Source: an uncultured bacterium | GTDB lineage: Bacteria > Omnitrophota > Gorgyraeia > Zapsychrales > Aceulaceae | Assembly (NCBI GenBank): GCA_937930175.1 | Contig: CALGLP010000022.1 | Location: 161,360 to 225,359 of the forward strand | Length of the DNA stretch: 64,000 nt | Direction of reading: 5' to 3' | Part shown: piece by piece, positions 58,275 to 64,000 of the stretch | Layout of the letters: each line of letters begins with the position of its first letter | How positions within the stretch are numbered: the stretch's first letter is position 1 | Position numbers and translations under genes: made by a program | The notes under the pieces: generated by a model | The model's database searches: none | The model's input: the letters and a program-made list of their open reading frames with translations, nothing else | What the model was told of the DNA's origin: nothing

Positions 58275-60794
58275 ATGTTAAAGAAATTGATTACTTTTTC
58301 TCTTCATCGTCCGCGCGCCATTATGTGGGTCACGCTTGTGTGTGTTGGGCTTGCCCTGATGCAGTATCCAAAAATGAAAGTGGATACAGATCCCGAAAAC
58401 ATGCTTCCCGAAAATGCCCCGGTGCGTGTTTTTCATCGGGACATCAAGAAAGAATTTTCTGTCTACGACATGGTGGTTGTGGGGATAGTTAATCATAAAA
58501 ATGCAGAAGGTGTTTTTAATGTCAAAACATTGACAAAGATTTACAACATTACCGAGGAGATCAAGGGAATCAAGGGCGTGATCGCAGGGGAAATTTATTC
58601 TCTGTCAACGAAAGACAATGTTCAGCAAGGAGGCGTCGGGGAGGTTCGCTTTAATTGGCTCATGCCAAGTCCTCCGCAGACACAGCAAGAGGCCTTGGAG
58701 ATCCGTGATCAGGCGCAAAATAATCCTATGTTTTACGGAACAGTTGTTTCCGAAGACGGTAAGGCGCTGTGTTTGTATATTCCCGTAGAGCGTAAGAATT
58801 TAAGCTATGGTGTTGTGCAAGCCATTAAGAAGATCGTGGCCAAGTATCCTGGTGAAGAAGAGTTTCATTTTACAGGATTACCCGTGGCCAATGATCAATT
58901 TGGTGTTGAAATGTTTAAGCAGATGGCGATTTCAGCGCCGCTTGCTGGGCTGGTTATCTTCCTTTTGTTATGGTTTTTCTTTAAGTCTGTAATTTTAATT
59001 GTGGCACCTATGTTGATCGCTATGGCGACGGTGATTATCACCATGGGGCTTTTGATCGGGTTTGGTTTTCCTGTGCACATCATGAGCTCGATGATCCCGA
59101 TTTTCTTGATGCCAATTGCTGTTTTAGATTCGGTTCATGTGTTGAGTGATTTTTTTGAGAAGTATCCTTTATATAATGATCGGCGAAAAACGATCTCAGC
59201 GGTCATGGAAGAATTGTTTTTCTCTATGCTCTATACCTCACTGACAACTTTTGCTGGTTTCTTCTCTTTGTCCTTTACGCCTATTCCGCCGGTTCAGGTT
59301 TTTGGAATCGCGGTGGCGATCGGCGTGGCGATCGCGTGGGTCTTGACCATGACCTTTATTCCAGCTTACATCATGTTGATGAATTCCAAGATCTTTGCCA
59401 ATTTCCATTCTTCGGCGGATCAGGAAAAAAGTCCTTATTTGGATAAGGTTTTGGGTTTTATTCGACGTGTTGTTTCTAGACATTTTAGGCTCGTGCTCAT
59501 CGTGACCGTGTTTTTTGTGGGTGCCGCTTTTTATGGGATTAGCCGCATTCAGGTCAATGACAATCCGGTGCGATGGTTTGAAGCGAAGCATCCGATTCGC
59601 GTCGCGGATCGTATTTTAAACAAACATTTTGCAGGAACCTATGAGTCGTATTTGGTTTTTGAAGCTAAGGATCAGCAACGAGAGATCTTTATTGAGCCGC
59701 AGATGTTACGTTATGTCGAGGGCTTGCAGAAAGCAATGCTCACAACAGGTTTGGTTGGGAAAACAACGTCTTTAGCGGATGTCGTCAAAAAGATTTACTA
59801 TGAGCTTTTGGGGGGTGATAAAGTCAACAATGTTGTTCCGCCAACGAAGCAAGCGGTTGCGCAGTGCTTGATTTCGTTTGAAAATTCTCATAAGCCTGAT
59901 GACCTTTGGCATATGACAACACCCGATTATTCAAAAATCAATATTTGGGTTCAATTAAGGAGTGGGGACAATAAAAATATGCAAAAGGTTGCCCAGCATG
60001 TCGCACAATACATCAAAAGCAATCCTCCGCCGATGGACGTTACCTTTAACTGGGCAGGTTTGACGTATATCAATGTTATTTGGCAGAACAACATGGTTGG
60101 TGGCATGCTGAACAACTTTCTAGGAAGCTTTATGATCGTTTTGTTCATGATGCTCTTTTTGTTTCGTTCGCCGATCAAGGCCTTGATCTCCATGATCCCC
60201 TTGACGGTCACGATCCTTTTTATTTATAGCCTTCTTGGTTTCTTTGGTAAAGATTATGATATGCCCGTAGCTGTTTTGTCGGCGCTGACCCTGGGGCTTT
60301 CCGTGGACTTTGCCATTCACTATATCCAGAGGGTTAATGATGTTAATGCCCAGAAGAACGACTGGCGCACATCAACCGAAGAGATGTTTGAAGGCCCTGG
60401 TCGTGCGATTATTCGTAACGCCTTAGTGGTGGCGATTGGATTTTTGCCGCTTTTATTCGCACCGTTGGTGCCGTATAAAACAGTTGGGTTTTTTATGTTC
60501 ACGATCATGGCATTTTCTAGCGTGGCAACGCTTTTTATCTTGCCTGCGATTGTTTATTGGAAGCCGCAGTGGGTTTTTGAACAACAAGGGAAGGGCGTTA
60601 CATGTCGATGTAGCAGTTGTCTGCTTGTCGCTTTTTTCGTTGCTTGTGCTGTGGCGTATGTCCTCTTGGGATATACACCGCTGGGGTGGAAATTGACAAC
60701 ATGGTTGAGTATTTTTGTGATCGTTCTTTCTGCTGGGTTATGCCATTTAGCATCAAAAAGAAGAATCTGTTTAAATCAAGGAGGTCAGAAATGA
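58275..60794 (+). CDS. MMPL/RND-superfamily exporter (predicted lipid exporter)
   Basis: Twelve TM helices in two 6-TM bundles, each followed by a large periplasmic loop. SSD-like region. Confidence 0.75.
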   Translation: MLKKLITFSLHRPRAIMWVTLVCVGLALMQYPKMKVDTDPENMLPENAPVRVFHRDIKKEFSVYDMVVVGIVNHKNAEGVFNVKTLTKIYNITEEIKGIKGVIAGEIYSLSTKDNVQQGGVGEVRFNWLMPSPPQTQQEALEIRDQAQNNPMFYGTVVSEDGKALCLYIPVERKNLSYGVVQAIKKIVAKYPGEEEFHFTGLPVANDQFGVEMFKQMAISAPLAGLVIFLLLWFFFKSVILIVAPMLIAMATVIITMGLLIGFGFPVHIMSSMIPIFLMPIAVLDSVHVLSDFFEKYPLYNDRRKTISAVMEELFFSMLYTSLTTFAGFFSLSFTPIPPVQVFGIAVAIGVAIAWVLTMTFIPAYIMLMNSKIFANFHSSADQEKSPYLDKVLGFIRRVVSRHFRLVLIVTVFFVGAAFYGISRIQVNDNPVRWFEAKHPIRVADRILNKHFAGTYESYLVFEAKDQQREIFIEPQMLRYVEGLQKAMLTTGLVGKTTSLADVVKKIYYELLGGDKVNNVVPPTKQAVAQCLISFENSHKPDDLWHMTTPDYSKINIWVQLRSGDNKNMQKVAQHVAQYIKSNPPPMDVTFNWAGLTYINVIWQNNMVGGMLNNFLGSFMIVLFMMLFLFRSPIKALISMIPLTVTILFIYSLLGFFGKDYDMPVAVLSALTLGLSVDFAIHYIQRVNDVNAQKNDWRTSTEEMFEGPGRAIIRNALVVAIGFLPLLFAPLVPYKTVGFFMFTIMAFSSVATLFILPAIVYWKPQWVFEQQGKGVTCRCSSCLLVAFFVACAVAYVLLGYTPLGWKLTTWLSIFVIVLSAGLCHLASKRRICLNQGGQK

Positions 60795-61570
60795 AACGAT
60801 TAGGCGTCGCTGTTTTCTTGTTTTTGATGTTGGTATCGCCGGTTTCTGCTCAAACGGTTGATGAAATTATTAATAAAGCGAATCTGGCTGCCTATTATGC
60901 GGGGCAAAGCGGCCAGTCGGATGTTGTGATGACCATTACGGATGCGCAGGGTCGTCAGCGCACGCGAGAGTTCCGCATCTTGCGGCTAAATGTGAAAGAA
61001 GGCGCGGAGCAAAAATTTTATGTTTATTTTAAGCGCCCGACGGATGTGGAGCGCATGGTGTATATGGTATGGAAAAATATCGGCAAGGATGATGACCGAT
61101 GGCTTTATTTGCCAGCCTTAGATTTGGTCAAGCGTATTGCCGCGAGCGACAAGCGTTCAAGTTTTGCGGGGTCCCATTTTGTTTATGAAGATGTGTCTGG
61201 TCGGGGTGTGACTGCGGATACCCATGAGCTTCTTGGGGAAGAGGGGAATCTTTACAAAATAAAAAATATGCCCAAAGATACCAAGGGTGTCGATTTCGCC
61301 TATTACCTTGTATGGATCGATAAAAATAATTTTCTACCGATGAAGGCTGAATACTATAATACCGGTGGAAAGCTTGTGCGCACGGTTGAGGCTCTGGAGA
61401 TCAAAGATATTCAAGGTTATCCGACAGCGATAAAATCAAAAGCAGTTGACCTTGAGCGCAAGGGCGAAACTGTCATTGATTTTACTAATGTTGTTTATGA
61501 TGCCGGGCTTGAGGATAGTATTTTTACTGAGCGCTATTTGCGTCAACCCCCAACCCAATGGATCAAATAA
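60791..61570 (+). CDS. LolA-like outer-membrane lipoprotein-sorting family protein
   Basis: Signal peptide. ATG overlaps the MMPL stop (ATGA). Resembles the family that typically pairs with MMPL exporters. Confidence 0.55.
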   Translation: MKRLGVAVFLFLMLVSPVSAQTVDEIINKANLAAYYAGQSGQSDVVMTITDAQGRQRTREFRILRLNVKEGAEQKFYVYFKRPTDVERMVYMVWKNIGKDDDRWLYLPALDLVKRIAASDKRSSFAGSHFVYEDVSGRGVTADTHELLGEEGNLYKIKNMPKDTKGVDFAYYLVWIDKNNFLPMKAEYYNTGGKLVRTVEALEIKDIQGYPTAIKSKAVDLERKGETVIDFTNVVYDAGLEDSIFTERYLRQPPTQWIK

Positions 61571-61571
61571 G

Positions 61572-62843
61572 ATGAAACGTATTTTCCTTATCTTTCTGCT
61601 TGTTATGTCGCTATCCTCTGCGGCGCAGGCTGGTTTTTCTGGCCTACATGGGTTTATTGAAAACGACGTCGGGATCAAGTTGAGCGATGACACCACCAAG
61701 CGCGACAACTACAATATGTTTGAACAGCGCTTGCAGCTGAAGTCCAATTATTACGCGCAAGGCGAAAGCTATTGGGCGCGCAAGGGAATGGTGGTGAATT
61801 TTCGCGGTGATTTTACCGTGGATGAATACTACAGCGGAAAGACGGATTTTGATCTTCGTGAATTCAATACATCCTTGAGCCCTTTTCGCTCTATGGATCT
61901 TAAAGTGGGCCGCCAAGTTTTAACATGGGGGACAGGGGACTATCTTTTTATTAATGATATGTTCCCTAAAGATTACGAGTCGTTTTTTATTGGTCGCGAC
62001 GATGAGTATCTTAAGAAGCCCTCGGATGCTGTAAAGGCTTCGTTTTATCCAAAATTTGCGAATATCGATCTTATTGCGATTCCGTCTTTTACGCCCAACA
62101 CCATCGCCACCGGGGATCGGCTATCATTTTTTGATAGCTTCCAAGGCGGCATTGCTGGCACCAATTCCGACCGTCATATTATTGAACCACCATTTCAGAT
62201 GTCCAATAATGAATATGCCCTGCGCGCATATCGCAATTTTGGCAGCAATGAAGCCGCTTTTTATTATTTCCATGGCTTTGATAAGAATCCTCGTAGTTAC
62301 AAGAATGAAGCCGAGCGCCAACTTTATTACCAACCCCTTGATGTTTACGGCGCAAGCCTTCAGGGGCCCTTTGCCAAGGGGATTGGCAATCTTGAGCTTG
62401 GCTATGGCCGCTCGCGTGACGATGCCAATGGTACCAATCGGATGGTGGAGAATTCGTGGTTAAAAATGATGGGAGGGTACAGCAAAGACCTTGGCAATGA
62501 CTTGAGAGTGGGTTTCCAATATCTAGTCGAAGAGCGACTGAACCAGGGCGCCTATGAGGACCATCTTTTGCCCAATGATTATCGCTGGGATGAGTTTCGT
62601 CATGTCCTCACCAACCGCCTCACCAAATTATTTAAGAATCAAACGGTCAACGTGACCTTGTTTACTTTTTATTCTCCGTCGGATAAGGATGGATACGTGC
62701 GGCCGTCGGTGAGCTATGATATGACCGATCAGTGGAAGGTGACCCTTGGTGCGAGCTTGCCCTGGGGCGAAGATGACCACACCGAATTTGGCCAGATGAA
62801 GCGCAACAAAAACGTGTACTTACGGGTACGGTATAGTTTTTAA
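61572..62843 (+). CDS. Outer-membrane beta-barrel protein (DUF1302-like porin partner of MMPL systems)
   Basis: Signal peptide. Alternating amphipathic strands. C-terminal ...VRYSF aromatic terminus. Confidence 0.5.
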   Translation: MKRIFLIFLLVMSLSSAAQAGFSGLHGFIENDVGIKLSDDTTKRDNYNMFEQRLQLKSNYYAQGESYWARKGMVVNFRGDFTVDEYYSGKTDFDLREFNTSLSPFRSMDLKVGRQVLTWGTGDYLFINDMFPKDYESFFIGRDDEYLKKPSDAVKASFYPKFANIDLIAIPSFTPNTIATGDRLSFFDSFQGGIAGTNSDRHIIEPPFQMSNNEYALRAYRNFGSNEAAFYYFHGFDKNPRSYKNEAERQLYYQPLDVYGASLQGPFAKGIGNLELGYGRSRDDANGTNRMVENSWLKMMGGYSKDLGNDLRVGFQYLVEERLNQGAYEDHLLPNDYRWDEFRHVLTNRLTKLFKNQTVNVTLFTFYSPSDKDGYVRPSVSYDMTDQWKVTLGASLPWGEDDHTEFGQMKRNKNVYLRVRYSF

Positions 62844-62883
62844 CTTGCTCCTTTTGATAAGGAGATCAACGAAAGGATCGACG

Positions 62884-63063
62884 ATGGAAAGGATCTTACG
62901 CGGTATCGCAGGTGTCTTTATTTTGATCAGCTTAGCCTTGGCGGTTTGGGTTGACAGCCGATGGTTGTGGTTTACAGCTTTTGTTGGTGCTAATCTTTTG
63001 CAGTCAGCATTTACCAATTGGTGCCCCATGATAACTATTTTAAAGAAATGTGGTGTTAAATAA
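62884..63063 (+). CDS. DUF2892 (YgaP-like) small membrane protein
   Basis: GANLLQSAFTNWCPM motif typical of DUF2892. Confidence 0.6.
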   Translation: MERILRGIAGVFILISLALAVWVDSRWLWFTAFVGANLLQSAFTNWCPMITILKKCGVK

Positions 63064-63200
63064 GTTTAGGTTGGGATGATTTGATAGCCGATGTCTCAAG
63101 CCCCTTGTGATATTAATTGCGAGGGGTTTTTATTTGTGTTAGATTGGATGGCGAGAGATAGATTTACAAGATAAAACATTTAATACAAAGGAGGAAGAGG

Positions 63201-64000
63201 ATGAATATTCTTTATTTGGTTATCGCGGGTGCGGTTGTTATCTTTTTTATGGGCATCAGGATCGTTCGTCCGACGCATCGCGGACTTGTCGAGCGATTTG
63301 GTAAGTACAGCCGTTTTGCTAATCCGGGTTTTAACTGGATCATTCCCGTTGTTGAAGTTGTTTACCAGGTCAATGTTACTGAGCAAATGGTGGATGCGGA
63401 ACCCCAGGAAATTATTACCAATGACAACTTGAACGCCAAGGTTGACGCGCAGGTTTATTTCAAAGTGAAGGCGGATGAAACGAGTGTCAAGAGCTGCCAA
63501 TACAATGTGAATAATTATCAGTGGCAGATCGTGAATTTAGCAAGGACTACTTTAAGAAATATTATCGGTACGCTGACTTTAAAGTCCGCCAATAGTGAAC
63601 GCGGCAAGATCAACGCCGAGCTGCATCGCACGCTGTGTGACGAAACAGCGAGCTGGGGCCTGGAAATTGTCCGTACAGAGCTCAAAGAGATCGATCCGCC
63701 CAAGGACGTTCAAGAAACGATGAATAAGGTTGTGAAGGCCGAGAATGAGAAGATTGCCGCCATTGATTTTGCTACAGCGACAGAGACAGCCGCGGATGGT
63801 CAGAAGCGCGCCGAGATCAAAAAGGCTGAAGGCATCAAGCAGGCGCGTATTCTTGAGGCCGAAGGCGAAGCCGCAGCCATTAAGCTCGTGAATGAAGCTG
63901 CAGAAAATTATTTTGTGGGTAATGCGCAAGTTTTGAGAAAGCTTGAAGCCGTTGAAAAGTCCTTGCAACATAATGCCAAGATCGTTGTTCCTGCTAACAC
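63201..64000 (+). CDS. SPFH/band-7 (stomatin/prohibitin-like) membrane protein, 3' partial (absent from ORF track)
   Basis: RBS GGAGGAAGAGG. N-terminal TM helix then an SPFH core (PTHRGLVERFGKY...NLNAKVDAQVYFKV...WGLEIVRTELKEIDPP). The ORF runs off the window end. Confidence 0.8.
   Translation, partial: MNILYLVIAGAVVIFFMGIRIVRPTHRGLVERFGKYSRFANPGFNWIIPVVEVVYQVNVTEQMVDAEPQEIITNDNLNAKVDAQVYFKVKADETSVKSCQYNVNNYQWQIVNLARTTLRNIIGTLTLKSANSERGKINAELHRTLCDETASWGLEIVRTELKEIDPPKDVQETMNKVVKAENEKIAAIDFATATETAADGQKRAEIKKAEGIKQARILEAEGEAAAIKLVNEAAENYFVGNAQVLRKLEAVEKSLQHNAKIVVPAN

Noticed and set aside
1-64000. tRNA, rRNA, CRISPR arrays, IS elements or integrases
   Set aside because: No cloverleaf-compatible GTTC-type arms, no rRNA-like conserved blocks and no regularly spaced direct repeats. 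No transposase- or integrase-like ORFs were seen on either strand.

Overview
This 64 kb window reads as chromosome from a strictly anaerobic, probably uncultivated bacterium. GC content is about 43%, GTG/TTG starts are frequent, and the outer-membrane proteins end in a C-terminal Phe. Coding density is high and dominated by redox and anaerobic-energy functions.

The largest block (35.1-55.0 kb) is two divergently arranged multimeric [FeFe]-hydrogenase loci sharing an intergenic region next to a Rex repressor gene. The first locus, on the minus strand, is NuoE-like, HATPase-like, 2Fe-2S subunit, NuoF-like, HydA. The second, on the plus strand, is Rex, DRTGG, CBS/HATPase, DRTGG, PHP, NuoE-like, a NuoF-GltD fusion, and a HydA. 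It is followed by a complete H-cluster maturation set: a TM1266-like regulator, an aspartase-like protein, HydF, HydG and HydE.

Nitrosative and oxidative stress genes include an Rrf2 regulator with a ferredoxin-domain protein and Hcp, and desulfoferrodoxin with DoxX and NDH-2. A thioredoxin, DUF302, CoA-disulfide-reductase/rhodanese, ArsR and DUF2892 cluster looks sulfide/persulfide-responsive. Other features:
- a DUF134-ACR3 arsenite-efflux pair behind a near-consensus promoter carrying a perfect 16-bp palindrome;
- two CspA genes with conserved promoters;
- D-lactate dehydrogenase, IlvD, ADP-forming acetyl-CoA synthetase and a PIN-PhoH ATPase;
- a carotenoid/C30-type terpenoid cluster (CrtI-like desaturase, phytoene/squalene synthase, fused lycopene-cyclase domain);
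- a two-component cluster of two large sensor kinases, a stand-alone receiver and a PilZ-receiver fusion;
- a cobalamin riboswitch with terminator in front of a BtuB-like TonB-dependent receptor;
- an MMPL/RND exporter with a LolA-like protein and a beta-barrel protein.

Three items are absent from the ORF track: a 56-aa 2x[4Fe-4S] ferredoxin (minus strand, 22204-22374), a 29-aa Lys-rich peptide ending in CCCC with its own RBS and terminator (11932-12021), and a 3'-partial SPFH/band-7 gene (63201-end). No rRNA, tRNA, CRISPR array or mobile element was found. All calls rest on motif recognition by eye; no database searches were run.
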